NCBI GenBank assembly: GCA_964359945.1
Contig: CAYHUM010000002.1
Span: 1 to 57,740, forward strand
Direction of reading: 5' to 3'
Length of the DNA: 57,740 nucleotides
DNA from: Candidatus Woesearchaeota archaeon
Lineage (GTDB): Archaea; Nanobdellota; Nanobdellia; SCGC-AAA011-G17; CAYHUM01
Shown: positions 37,259-47,265 of the stretch, in pieces
How positions within the stretch are numbered: the first letter of the stretch is position 1
How the letters are laid out: each line of letters opens with the position of its first letter
Program-made: the position numbers and the translations under genes
Notes under the pieces: generated by a model
What the model saw: only the letters and a program-made list of their open reading frames with translations
The model's database searches: none
Told to the model about the DNA's origin: nothing

Positions 37259-38763
37259 ACACCTCTAAATTAATTTCTACTATTCTAAGTAAAAATTATT
37301 TAATAAGTCCAGATGCTATAGACCAAATTAATGAAGTAGAAAATATTAATGATTTTATAGGGAATTTAAATAATAAAAATAATTCAATAATTATAAATAA
37401 AGAGGTTTTTGAAAATAAAGTTACGGAACTAAATGATTCTATTCAACAAGAGATTAATAATAAAGAACAATTACAAGAAAAAAAAATAAAAAATGATATT
37501 TCTGTAATAAAAGTATATAAGGAAAAATCAAAGAAAAGGGAAGTTCAAGACTTTGTTGGATATTATACTTCTAGATATAATACTCTTAAAAAAATATTAT
37601 TACAAAGACAAGAGTTGCAAAACGCAATTTCAATTAATAGATTGCAATCAAAAAATAATAGCGAAGAAGTTACTGCTATAGGAATAGTTTCTAGTAAAAC
37701 AAAAACTAAGAATGGAAATATAATCTTAGAATTAGAAGATACAACTGGAAAAATAAATGCAATTATCTCTAATAATAAAAAAGAAATACACGTCATTGCT
37801 AATGATGTTTGTTTAGATAGCGTTATAGGAATAAAAGGAAGCATAAGAAATAAAACTATTTTTGTAAACAACATTACTATACCTGATATACCGATGAATG
37901 AAGTTAATAAATCTGATGAAGAGGTCTATGCTGTTTTTACCTCAGATATACATGTGGGGCTTAATCTTTTTTATGAAGAAGATTTTTTAAAATTTATAGA
38001 CTGGTTAAATATAGATAATGGTAATGATAGACATAAAGAAATAGCATCTAAAGTAAAATATTTATTTATTGTTGGTGATTTAGTAGATGGGGTAGGAATT
38101 TATCCCGATCAAGAAAAAGATTTAGTTATTAAAGATGTTTATGAACAATATGAAAGATGTGCTTTTTTATTAAATAAAATAAGAAAAAATATTAATATAA
38201 TTATTTGTGGGGGTAATCATGATGCATTAAGATTGTCAGAACCACAACCTGTCTTAGATAAAGAAATAGCAAAACCCATATGGGACTTGCCAAATGTAAC
38301 AATTATAACAAATCCAGGAATGGTTAATCTTTGTAGTAATGGAATAAACAAAGGAATTAATGTTTTATTATACCATGGTTATAGTTTCCAATATTTTGCA
38401 GATAATGTAGAGAGTATAAGGTTGAATGGTGGAATGGATAGACCCGATTTAATTATGAAATATTTATTACAATTTAGACATTTAGCCCCTACACATACAT
38501 CTACTTTATTTGTAGCTGATCCAAATGAAGACGCTTTAGTTATAGATATAATTCCGGATATATTTGTTAGTGGCCATGTACATAGAACAATCGCTCAAAA
38601 TTATAAAAATGTAACTATAATAGGTTCTGGATGTTGGGTTGGAAAGACCACATTTCAGGAAAAAGTAGGTATCAATCCCGATCCAGGTAAAGTTGTTTTA
38701 GTAAATTTAAAAACAAGAGACGTAAAAATATTAAATTTTAGAGAAGATGAAAGGAATAAATGA
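37255..38763 (+). CDS. dp1: DNA polymerase D small subunit (DP1)
   Basis: OB-fold region followed by calcineurin-like nuclease motifs (SDIHVG, GDLVDG, GGNHD, GHVH). Confidence 0.92.
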   Translation: MNTSKLISTILSKNYLISPDAIDQINEVENINDFIGNLNNKNNSIIINKEVFENKVTELNDSIQQEINNKEQLQEKKIKNDISVIKVYKEKSKKREVQDFVGYYTSRYNTLKKILLQRQELQNAISINRLQSKNNSEEVTAIGIVSSKTKTKNGNIILELEDTTGKINAIISNNKKEIHVIANDVCLDSVIGIKGSIRNKTIFVNNITIPDIPMNEVNKSDEEVYAVFTSDIHVGLNLFYEEDFLKFIDWLNIDNGNDRHKEIASKVKYLFIVGDLVDGVGIYPDQEKDLVIKDVYEQYERCAFLLNKIRKNINIIICGGNHDALRLSEPQPVLDKEIAKPIWDLPNVTIITNPGMVNLCSNGINKGINVLLYHGYSFQYFADNVESIRLNGGMDRPDLIMKYLLQFRHLAPTHTSTLFVADPNEDALVIDIIPDIFVSGHVHRTIAQNYKNVTIIGSGCWVGKTTFQEKVGINPDPGKVVLVNLKTRDVKILNFREDERNK

Positions 38764-41700
38764 ATATTTTGAGATTATAGAGAAAGATGTAAAATTTTCT
38801 TATGATAAAGCTAATGAAGTTAGGGCTTTACATTATGATCCAGAGGATAAAGTTGAAATTTTTTTAGCTAAGGACATGGCTGAAAGAGTAGTTGGTTTAT
38901 TGAGTACAATCGCTCCACAAATAGTTAACACAAATTTGGTAGAAAGAGTAAATGAAATTGAGAAAAAGTATGGTAAATTAGATTTCAGAGTAGCTTTACA
39001 GATAGGATTAGAAGTTGCACAAGAAAAATTCTGTAAATTTAAAGATAAAAAAGAAGCAATGGAAGTTGGAATAAGATTTGGATTAGCTTATTTAACATTA
39101 GGAGTAGTATCCTCGCCTTTGGAGGGGTTTACTAGACTAGAAATTAAAAAAAGGAAAGATGGCAAAGAATACTTTGCTTTATTTTTTTCAGGACCAATAA
39201 GAAGTGCCGGTACTACTGTAACTTGTGGTAGTATTCTAGTTGCAGATTATATAAGAAAACAAATGGGGTATTCTGAGTATGATCCTAGTGAAGAAGAAAT
39301 TAAAAGAATAGTAACAGAAGTAATAGATTTTCATGAAAAAATTACTAATTTACAATATTTACCAAGTCAAGAGGAAATAGATTTTATGGTGAGGAATTTA
39401 CCTTTACAAATTGATGGTGATCCTTCTGAGGATATGGAGGTAAGTAATTATAGGTTTTTAGATAGAATTGAAACAAATAGATTAAGAAATGGTGTTTGCT
39501 TAGTAATAGCTGAAGCATTAACACAAAAAGCTTTTAAATTCTGGGGTAAAATTCTTAGTTGGTATAAGAATTTTGACTTAGGACACTGGAGTTTTTTAGG
39601 AGAATTTGTTAAGTTACAAAAAAAAATTAAATCTAGAAGTAAGTTAAAAGAGCAAGACGATATAAAATTAGTTCCAGACTATACATACATTAAAGATTTA
39701 GTTGCTGGTAGACCAATCTTATCTCATCCATTGAGGACTGGAGGTTTTAGAGTTAGGTATGGGAGATCAAGAACATCTGGGTTGAGTTCATTAAGTATAC
39801 ATCCTGCTACAATGTATGTTTTAGATAATTTTTTAGGTATAGGAACACAAATAAGATATGAAAGACCAGGTAAATCAACAGCAGTTGCTCCATGCGATAC
39901 TATCGAAGGACCTATTGTTAAATTGAGGGATGGTTCTGTAAAATACTTTGAAAATATAGATGAAGCTAAGAATCTATCTAATAAAATTGAGGAAATATTA
40001 TTTTTAGGAGATATTCTAATTAACTACGGTGAGTTTTTTAATAGAGGTCATTTCTTGGTTCCTGTAGGATATAATGAGGAGTGGTGGGCTCAAGAAATAA
40101 AAAATAAAAAGATTGAGTTAAAAGAATTATCCAAAATAATAAATATAGATAAAAAGTTATTAGAAGAATTATTAAGGTCCCCTTCAAATTTTAAATTAAG
40201 TTTTGATGAAGCGATAGTATTTAGTAATAAATTAGGCATTCCATTACATCCAAAATACACTTATCATTGGAATGACATTAGTAAAGAAGAGTTTATGAGT
40301 TTAGTTGAATGGATGAACGGAGCAGCTATAGATAAAAATGGAGAATTTAAAATAATTCTTAATCTAGTAAAAGAACCCAAAAGAACCCTAGAAATTCTAG
40401 GAGTTCCTCATATTGTAAGTTCTAAAGAATTTGTTATTATAGAAAACGATTGGGCAAAAGCTATTGCATTCACATTAGGATTTTTAGAAAGTAATAAGAT
40501 AGATATTGAAAAAATTAAAAATATAGATGAAAATAATGTTTTGGAAATATTAACAAAAATTTCCGGAATTAAAATTAAAGATAAATCAGGAACTTTTATA
40601 GGGGCTAGAATGGGAAGACCAGAAAAATCAAAAATGAGAAAATTAACAGGCAGTCCCCAAGTATTATTTCCGGTAGGAGTAGAAGGAGGTAAATTAAGAT
40701 CTTTTCAATCAGCAATAGATTTTGGTAAAGTAAGAGCAGACTTCCCATTATATTATTGTTTGAAATGTGATAAAGAGACTATCTATCCTGTATGTCAAAG
40801 TTGCGATAAAAGAACCGAAAAAAGATTTTATTGCCCTAGATGTAATAGAACAATAAATGAAAGAAAATGTAAATTACATAATGAAGGAAGAAGTTTTATT
40901 GAAAAAGAGATTGATATAAATGATTATTTTAATGCAGCTATAAGTAAATTAAAGTTAAAAGAAAAACCCCCAGAATTAATAAAAGGTGTAAAAGGAACTT
41001 CTAGTAAAGAACATACCCCGGAAAATTTAGCTAAAGGAATTCTGAGATCAATATATAATTTATATGTTAATAAAGATGGAACTATTAGATATGATATGAC
41101 TGAAATGCCTATAACCCATTTTAGACCAAAGGAAATAAGGACGGATCTTAAAAAATTAAAAGAAATGGGATATGATAAGGATATGTATGGAAATAATTTA
41201 GTCAATGAAGATCAATTAGTTGAAATTTTTCCTCAAGATATAATCTTACCAAGTTGTCCAGAGTCAAATGAAGAAGGGGCAGATTTAGTATTTTATAGAG
41301 TAGCTAATTTTATAGATGACCTCTTAATGAATTTTTATGGAAAAGAGAAATTCTATAATCTCAAGGACAAAGAAGATTTAGTTGGACATTTAGTTATAGG
41401 TTTAGCTCCTCATATTTCAGCAGGAATGATTGGGAGAATTATTGGATTTAGTAAAACTCAAGTTTGTTATGCTAATCCATTGTGGCATGCATCATTAAGG
41501 AGAGATTGTGAAGGTGATGAATGTTGTATTATACTACTTATGGATGCCTTAATTAATTTCTCTAAATCATATTTGCCAGCTCATAGAGGATCTACGCAGG
41601 ACTCATGTTTAGTTTTAACATCTAAAATAATTGCAAGTGAAGTTGATGATATGGTTTTTGATATGGATGTTGTTTGGGAATATCCTTTAGAAATTTATGA

Positions 41701-42256
41701 AGAAGCATCTAATCTAAAAGAACCATGGAGTCTAAAAATAGAACAAATTAAAGATAGAATAGACACAGAAAAACAATATTATGATTTTGGATTTACACAT
41801 GATGTTTCAGATATAAATATGGGCGTTGTATGTTCTGCTTATAAATCATTACCTACTATGCAAGAAAAAGTAATAGGACAAATGAATTTAGCAATAAAAA
41901 TAAGAGCTGTTGATGCTGATGATGTAGCAAGATTAGTTATAGATAGGCATTTCATTAGAGATATAAAAGGTAATTTGAGAAAATTTTCTACACAAGAATT
42001 TAGATGTAGTAAATGTAATGAAAAATATAGAAGACCTCCTTTAGCTGGAAAATGTTTGAAGTGTGATGGAAGGATTATTTTTACTGTTTCAGAGGGATCT
42101 GTTATTAAATACCTAGAACCAACTTTAGAATTAGCTAGATTGTATAAATTACCATTATACCTTGAACAAACATTAAATTTGACTAAAAGAAGAATTGATA
42201 GTGTATTTGGAGTAGATGAAGAAAAACAAGAAGGATTAACAAAATGGTTTAGTTAA
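38747..42256 (+). CDS. dp2: DNA polymerase D large subunit (DP2)
   Basis: 1169 aa with internal and C-terminal Cys4 zinc modules (CLKCDKET..CQSCDK; CSKCNEKY...CLKCDG). The C-terminus has a PIP box (QEGLTKWF). Confidence 0.95.
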   Translation: MKGINEYFEIIEKDVKFSYDKANEVRALHYDPEDKVEIFLAKDMAERVVGLLSTIAPQIVNTNLVERVNEIEKKYGKLDFRVALQIGLEVAQEKFCKFKDKKEAMEVGIRFGLAYLTLGVVSSPLEGFTRLEIKKRKDGKEYFALFFSGPIRSAGTTVTCGSILVADYIRKQMGYSEYDPSEEEIKRIVTEVIDFHEKITNLQYLPSQEEIDFMVRNLPLQIDGDPSEDMEVSNYRFLDRIETNRLRNGVCLVIAEALTQKAFKFWGKILSWYKNFDLGHWSFLGEFVKLQKKIKSRSKLKEQDDIKLVPDYTYIKDLVAGRPILSHPLRTGGFRVRYGRSRTSGLSSLSIHPATMYVLDNFLGIGTQIRYERPGKSTAVAPCDTIEGPIVKLRDGSVKYFENIDEAKNLSNKIEEILFLGDILINYGEFFNRGHFLVPVGYNEEWWAQEIKNKKIELKELSKIINIDKKLLEELLRSPSNFKLSFDEAIVFSNKLGIPLHPKYTYHWNDISKEEFMSLVEWMNGAAIDKNGEFKIILNLVKEPKRTLEILGVPHIVSSKEFVIIENDWAKAIAFTLGFLESNKIDIEKIKNIDENNVLEILTKISGIKIKDKSGTFIGARMGRPEKSKMRKLTGSPQVLFPVGVEGGKLRSFQSAIDFGKVRADFPLYYCLKCDKETIYPVCQSCDKRTEKRFYCPRCNRTINERKCKLHNEGRSFIEKEIDINDYFNAAISKLKLKEKPPELIKGVKGTSSKEHTPENLAKGILRSIYNLYVNKDGTIRYDMTEMPITHFRPKEIRTDLKKLKEMGYDKDMYGNNLVNEDQLVEIFPQDIILPSCPESNEEGADLVFYRVANFIDDLLMNFYGKEKFYNLKDKEDLVGHLVIGLAPHISAGMIGRIIGFSKTQVCYANPLWHASLRRDCEGDECCIILLMDALINFSKSYLPAHRGSTQDSCLVLTSKIIASEVDDMVFDMDVVWEYPLEIYEEASNLKEPWSLKIEQIKDRIDTEKQYYDFGFTHDVSDINMGVVCSAYKSLPTMQEKVIGQMNLAIKIRAVDADDVARLVIDRHFIRDIKGNLRKFSTQEFRCSKCNEKYRRPPLAGKCLKCDGRIIFTVSEGSVIKYLEPTLELARLYKLPLYLEQTLNLTKRRIDSVFGVDEEKQEGLTKWFS

Positions 42257-43156
42257 TTATATGGATTCTAATTTTTTAATTCTCTCATTTATATCTGGAT
42301 GAGTATTAAACAAAGAATTTATTTTTCCTCCTATTTTTCTTAAAGGATTTTCTAGATATAAATGAGCCGTAGCTTTATTTGCACTATCGACTAATTTATC
42401 TTTGTCATCTCTAATCTTTTTTAGAGCATCTGCTAAACCTTTGGGATATCTAGTAAGTAATGCTCCAGAAGAATCAGCTAAAAATTCCCTTTTTCTTGAA
42501 ATAGAAAATCTGATTACTTGTGCTATAATAGGGGATAAGATTGCTAATAACAAACCAGCAACAATTATTATTAAATAAAATATTCCTCCGGATCCCCTTG
42601 AATGCCTTTGCCTCGGAGCCCATAAAAAATTTCTTATAATAAAATCACTTAACAGTATTATTACTCCAACAAGTATAGAAACCAGCATCATTAACCTTAT
42701 GTCAAAATTTTTAATATGTGACATTTCATGTGCAATTACTCCTTCTAATTCAATTCGTTTTAATTTTTTTAAAGCTCCTGTAGTTAGGGTTATAGATGCA
42801 TGTTTGGGATCTCTACCAGTAGCAAAAGCGTTTATAGAATCTTCTTCCATAACATAAACTTTAGGCATAGGAATTCCTGCTGCTATAGATAAACCTTCTA
42901 CAGTGTTTATTAGAAAAGCATGTTCTTTCTTGTCTGCTTCTCTAGCTTTACTCATGGATAAAATTAATTTATCTCCTGAATAGTATCCTATTAAAATCAT
43001 CATTATAGAAAAAATAAATGCAAATATTATTCCAAAATAAGAATTTCCAAATATCAACCCAAAAACATAACCTAGAATAAGAATTATAATAATAAAAACA
43101 AAAAGCAAAATGTAAGAATTTCTTTTATTTGAAGATATTTCAGAATAAATATTCAT
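42257..43156 (-). CDS. htpX: HtpX-like M48 zinc metalloprotease
   Basis: HEMSH zinc motif, four TM helices and a downstream Glu (EFLAD). Confidence 0.9.
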   Translation of the reverse strand: MNIYSEISSNKRNSYILLFVFIIIILILGYVFGLIFGNSYFGIIFAFIFSIMMILIGYYSGDKLILSMSKAREADKKEHAFLINTVEGLSIAAGIPMPKVYVMEEDSINAFATGRDPKHASITLTTGALKKLKRIELEGVIAHEMSHIKNFDIRLMMLVSILVGVIILLSDFIIRNFLWAPRQRHSRGSGGIFYLIIIVAGLLLAILSPIIAQVIRFSISRKREFLADSSGALLTRYPKGLADALKKIRDDKDKLVDSANKATAHLYLENPLRKIGGKINSLFNTHPDINERIKKLESI

Positions 43157-43157
43157 C

Positions 43158-43709
43158 TTAGAATTTTACTTTGATAGGTTCTTTTTCTTTCCCTTCTGTC
43201 TTGAAAAACTCTCTTTCTTTAAAGTTAAACATGTTTGAGATGATATTTGTAGGGAATTTTTGTATTAAAATATTAAACTCCATAACACTGTCATTATAAA
43301 ATTGTCTTGAATAGGCTATTTTTGATTCTGTTCCTGATAATTCTTCCTGTAACATCTTAAAATTTTCATTTGCCATTAGTTTAGGATAGGCTTCAGCTAC
43401 AGCAAAAATACTCTTTAGTGCATTTGTTATCATATCAGAGGCTTTTGCTCTATCAGATAAAGAACCAGTAATTAATTTAGAACGAGCTTCTGTTACCATC
43501 TTAAATGTTTCCTTTTCATGTTTAGCATAACCCTTTACAATTTCAACTAAATTTGGAATCAAGTCATATCTACGTTTTAGTTGGACATTTATTTGTGACC
43601 ATGCATTTTCAATTCTATTTCTTAGAGTTATTAGTCTATTATAAGAAATTATTATGTATAGTACTAGTATTATTAAGATTATAATCAATACCCAAAATAA
43701 TGTTGCCAT
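43158..43709 (-). CDS. lemA: LemA family protein
   Basis: N-terminal TM helix followed by YNRLITLRNRIENAWSQINVQLKRRYDLIPNLV. It has the usual LemA-HtpX pairing. Confidence 0.85.
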   Translation of the reverse strand: MATLFWVLIIILIILVLYIIISYNRLITLRNRIENAWSQINVQLKRRYDLIPNLVEIVKGYAKHEKETFKMVTEARSKLITGSLSDRAKASDMITNALKSIFAVAEAYPKLMANENFKMLQEELSGTESKIAYSRQFYNDSVMEFNILIQKFPTNIISNMFNFKEREFFKTEGKEKEPIKVKF

Positions 43710-43782
43710 ATACGTTTACAAAATATTCAACTATATAAAAATATCGAAATCTTTATTAATTAAACTAAATTGTTTTTAGTGT

Positions 43783-44091
43783 ATGAAAAAGAGAGACGAT
43801 ATTTTTAAAAGAGAGTTAGATCAGTCTAGAATTATGACTTTACTCTCCGAGAAAAGAACTTTACTATCTGAATTAAGAACCGCAATAACAATGTTTGTAT
43901 TACCTCTTACTATTTTAACGGTTTTAATAGCCACATCAAGATATTATAATATTCAGAATAATATTCCATTACTTATTATTATTGGAGGGATTAGTTTAAT
44001 CTTATTATTAATAAGTATCGTAATGACTGTAAGATCTTTAGGAAAAATGGCTATAGTTGATAAAAAATTAAAAAATGAGAAATTACCTTAA
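43783..44091 (+). CDS. DUF202/YidH-like small membrane protein
   Basis: LLSEKRTLLSELRTAITMF matches the ERT..A..RT-type motif, followed by two TM helices. Confidence 0.5.
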   Translation: MKKRDDIFKRELDQSRIMTLLSEKRTLLSELRTAITMFVLPLTILTVLIATSRYYNIQNNIPLLIIIGGISLILLLISIVMTVRSLGKMAIVDKKLKNEKLP

Positions 44092-45287
44092 AGAATAAAA
44101 TATAATATTACAGGTAACAAAAGACATCCCATTAAATGACTTTTCCCTATTCCTTTTAAAGTTGGTAACATTCCTACAAATGTTGCTACTACTAATACCA
44201 ATAATCCATAAAATCCGGTAATTATCATAACTAAGATTGTTACAAATAAGATGATAGACAAACATAATTTTTGGTAATTTAGCTTAGAGATTAATCTAGT
44301 GAATACCTTACTTAATTTCAAAGTAATTATTGCAGCTATAGCTCCAGAAATTAAAATAATACCAATAGATAATATTAAAGTTTCTAGATTAAATATTCCT
44401 AGAATTTTAGACATGATAACAATAGAACCATTACGTGCTTTGTCTATTACATATAAAGTTACAAATGAAATTATCATATTAATTGTGTTTAGTGCTCCAA
44501 CTATTATTAAAAACCCTCTTATTGACATTTTCTTGAATAATTGTGATGTAATTATTGCTGCTTGAGCAGGTCCTAAACCTGGAAGAAATGAAGAAAAAGT
44601 ACCAACTAATACAGAAGAGATTATTGATTTAAATCCAGTTTTTTTATCTATTATGATTTTATTTATTTTTTGCTCAGGAATTTTTATTTTGTCCTTTATA
44701 CTCATCATTAATATACTAATTCCAAATAATCCTGACAACAAAGGAAAAAGAGGTTCTGATAATCTTAATTTAAAAGTTGCTAATCCTAAAACTCCAGATA
44801 ATAAAAATACTATTAATGCAAAATATTTTGATTTTCTTTCTTTTAAGATTAGAAATAGAGAGACAATGATTAAAATATATCCTATATAGGTTCTTAAAAT
44901 AGGATAAATCTCTTTTAGAGTAACTATTATTAGAGGTATTAACATTATGGTTATTATTAAACTAAATAAACCACCAAATACAGTTAAGAATATTGCTTCA
45001 TAGGAAAGACCTCTTAATAACAATCTATGAGCAGGTAACACAGAAAGTGCTGTTTCTGATTCAGGAGCACCTAAAAAACATGATGGAATGAAATCAGTAA
45101 AAGTGTGTGTAATGGACATAGAAATTATAAAAGCTGCTAAGATTAAGGGAGAAGTGAAATTTAGTAAAAATGGAGATACTGCGAATATGGATACTGCAAC
45201 TAAATTAATATGAACTCCAGGTATTAAACCAGTTATTGTTCCTGCTATACAACCTAATAAAATTGCTATTAGTAATTCAATAAACAT
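44088..45287 (-). CDS. TctA/DUF112-family polytopic membrane protein
   Basis: Repeated G..TGLIPGV and FSSFLPGLGPAQAA signatures, and about 10 or more TM helices. Confidence 0.65.
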   Translation of the reverse strand: MFIELLIAILLGCIAGTITGLIPGVHINLVAVSIFAVSPFLLNFTSPLILAAFIISMSITHTFTDFIPSCFLGAPESETALSVLPAHRLLLRGLSYEAIFLTVFGGLFSLIITIMLIPLIIVTLKEIYPILRTYIGYILIIVSLFLILKERKSKYFALIVFLLSGVLGLATFKLRLSEPLFPLLSGLFGISILMMSIKDKIKIPEQKINKIIIDKKTGFKSIISSVLVGTFSSFLPGLGPAQAAIITSQLFKKMSIRGFLIIVGALNTINMIISFVTLYVIDKARNGSIVIMSKILGIFNLETLILSIGIILISGAIAAIITLKLSKVFTRLISKLNYQKLCLSIILFVTILVMIITGFYGLLVLVVATFVGMLPTLKGIGKSHLMGCLLLPVILYFIL

Positions 45288-46015
45288 TATTCATCATTTT
45301 CTTTTGTCACAATTATGGGACTTGTAGGTGTTTGTATCTTCTCTTTTTTATTTTCAATTGGAATTTTTTCTTTAGGTTTTATCTTCCTTAATGTTTTTAT
45401 AACAATTATGAGAGGTATTATTGCGAATAATAATAATAAGAGAGGTAAGTTTTTAAATATTATACCAATAATACCACTTCTTGTTTGAGCAGGTTTTTCA
45501 TCTATATTCTTAGGCACTTCTGGATTAGGAGTAATACTTAAGTTTTGTTCTTCGCTTTTTATAGATGTAATAGTTGAGGGAAGTGGACCAGGGGATATAA
45601 ATTGGCCTTCACCTTCAGTAGGAGGTTGACCTTCTCCTTCACTAGGAGGAGTTTGTGAAATTGTAAACTTAACTATTTGCCAATCTACAAATTTATTATC
45701 ACTTACTGATATATTTACATCATATACTCCGGTAGAAGTTGGAGTAAAATCTATTAACCCTGTATTTGCATTAATATTAAAAAGAGTAGTATCATCAGAA
45801 AATGAAAGTGTGTCATTATTTGAATCTGTTGCAGTGACTTGAAAAGTAAAATGATTATTAACTATGATATTAAAATCAGTAATAGAATTTAAAACAGGAG
45901 CATCTGAAATTATTGTAACCCTAGATATAGAGGTTTCTTCTATATCAAAATTTTGTGATGAAATAAAAGGAATTATTAAAACTAAAGGTATTAACAGCAA
46001 TAATAATTTTTTCAT
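45287..46015 (-). CDS. secreted, C-terminally membrane-anchored protein with an Ig-like (He_PIG/cadherin-like) domain
   Basis: Signal peptide, then FQVTATDSNNDTLSFSDD...NANTGLIDFTPTSTGVYDVNISVSDN. A PPSEGEGQ/PPTEGEGQ linker follows, then a C-terminal TM helix with a basic tail. Confidence 0.55.
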   Translation of the reverse strand: MKKLLLLLIPLVLIIPFISSQNFDIEETSISRVTIISDAPVLNSITDFNIIVNNHFTFQVTATDSNNDTLSFSDDTTLFNINANTGLIDFTPTSTGVYDVNISVSDNKFVDWQIVKFTISQTPPSEGEGQPPTEGEGQFISPGPLPSTITSIKSEEQNLSITPNPEVPKNIDEKPAQTRSGIIGIIFKNLPLLLLLFAIIPLIIVIKTLRKIKPKEKIPIENKKEKIQTPTSPIIVTKENDE

Positions 46016-46022
46016 TACATGG

Positions 46023-46619
46023 TTAAATAGGATTACCTTTTTGAATTTTTCTCTTTTGATAAAGCATAGAAGCGATGACTATTACTAATATTACTATTAT
46101 TACTAAATACAAAGGAATAAGGTTTCGTGCTTCAGGAGTACAATTAACCTTAACATTTAGTCTTGATGAAGCGCTTGATGAAGTAGATGAGCCTCCATTT
46201 TGAGTGGCTGTTGGTTTTTCAGAGACAATTATTTCCCCACCATAAACAATAGGTTCTTGATCACATCTTTTTTCACAGAGCACATTTCCGATTAAACAAT
46301 CCTTTTCATATACTTCAGGAACATCAAAACAAAGTTTTGCAGGAATACTATTCTCATGTGTGGTAAAAGCAACAATATTTACTGTATCTACGTCTTTAGT
46401 TTTAAGTATTTCATTTATTTCTTTACTTGTTTCTAAATTTACTGTTATATCCTCATCCCATGGATTATATAACCCATACTCGACACATCTTTCTTCATTT
46501 TCATTTACAACAACTGTTTCTGTAGACCAAAGAATGCCCACTCCTTTTCTTGCATTTACCATTGATGAAACTGTTGCTAATGAAATTAATAGTATTATTA
46601 ATAATTTTAGTGTTTTCAT
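46023..46619 (-). CDS. secreted Cys-containing protein with a Ser-rich stalk and C-terminal TM anchor
   Basis: The ATG at 46619 is preceded by AGGAG and begins with signal peptide MKTLKLLIILLISLATVSS. This start removes the overlap created by the track start at 46682. Confidence 0.5.
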   Translation of the reverse strand: MKTLKLLIILLISLATVSSMVNARKGVGILWSTETVVVNENEERCVEYGLYNPWDEDITVNLETSKEINEILKTKDVDTVNIVAFTTHENSIPAKLCFDVPEVYEKDCLIGNVLCEKRCDQEPIVYGGEIIVSEKPTATQNGGSSTSSSASSRLNVKVNCTPEARNLIPLYLVIIVILVIVIASMLYQKRKIQKGNPI

Positions 46620-46629
46620 TGTATACTCC

Positions 46630-47232
46630 TTAGCATCCTGCTCCTGCTGAAGATACACCTTTGAAGAAGAGTGTATTTTCATATGTTCCAGGTGTTTGAC
46701 CTAAAGGAATATCAAGGAAAAATCTAAAGAAAGTATTATTTCCTATACCGACATTAGTTTGTGAAGCAGTATAATTTAAAGTTAAAAGATTAGATAATAA
46801 AGCACTTGGAGGATCATTATAATTACTCATATTTGATAAATTACTTCTTGTCCATGTATAATTTCCCAGCCCAATAACATCACCATTAGTAGTATTCATT
46901 GCAGTCCCTCTTATACAAAAATCTACCTTTGTATTAGAATCAGAGGAAACTGTAATGTAATATAAACTAGCATTAGTGGTATTTACATAATTTCCTGTTG
47001 CGTTTATGTCATTTATATAAACATCTATACCACCGAAATTTATAAAGGAGAGGTTTGACGATTTTGCTATAGAAAAGTATTTCTGTACTACAACTTGGGA
47101 AGTAGCAGATTCTTCTGTAGCATATCCAGTAATTGTTCTTATATCATTTATATTACTTATCAACCCCACTATTGAAATTACTAAAAGAAGTGATGAAAAT
47201 ATTATAATTGTATTTATTGACCTCTCTTGCAT
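46630..47232 (-). CDS. surface protein carrying the same C-terminal module as the adjacent pilin-like protein
   Basis: N-terminal hydrophobic segment and 10 N-x-S/T sequons by my count. The C-terminus (DVIGLGNYTW...FFRFFLDIPLGQTPGTYENTLFFKGV) is paralogous to the C-terminus of the 47266-49059 protein. Confidence 0.55.
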   Translation of the reverse strand: MQERSINTIIIFSSLLLVISIVGLISNINDIRTITGYATEESATSQVVVQKYFSIAKSSNLSFINFGGIDVYINDINATGNYVNTTNASLYYITVSSDSNTKVDFCIRGTAMNTTNGDVIGLGNYTWTRSNLSNMSNYNDPPSALLSNLLTLNYTASQTNVGIGNNTFFRFFLDIPLGQTPGTYENTLFFKGVSSAGAGC

Positions 47233-47265
47233 TTTTAATTTATGATTTATCCTAATATATAAATT

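Noticed and set aside
42257-43709. LemA-HtpX pair as a possible novel module.
   Set aside because: This is a well-known conserved gene pair in bacteria and archaea, and nothing here is unusual.
45603-45648. Imperfect 24-nt tandem duplication inside the 45287-46015 CDS.
   Set aside because: It simply encodes the PPSEGEGQ/PPTEGEGQ stalk linker. This is ordinary low-complexity expansion, not a regulatory repeat.
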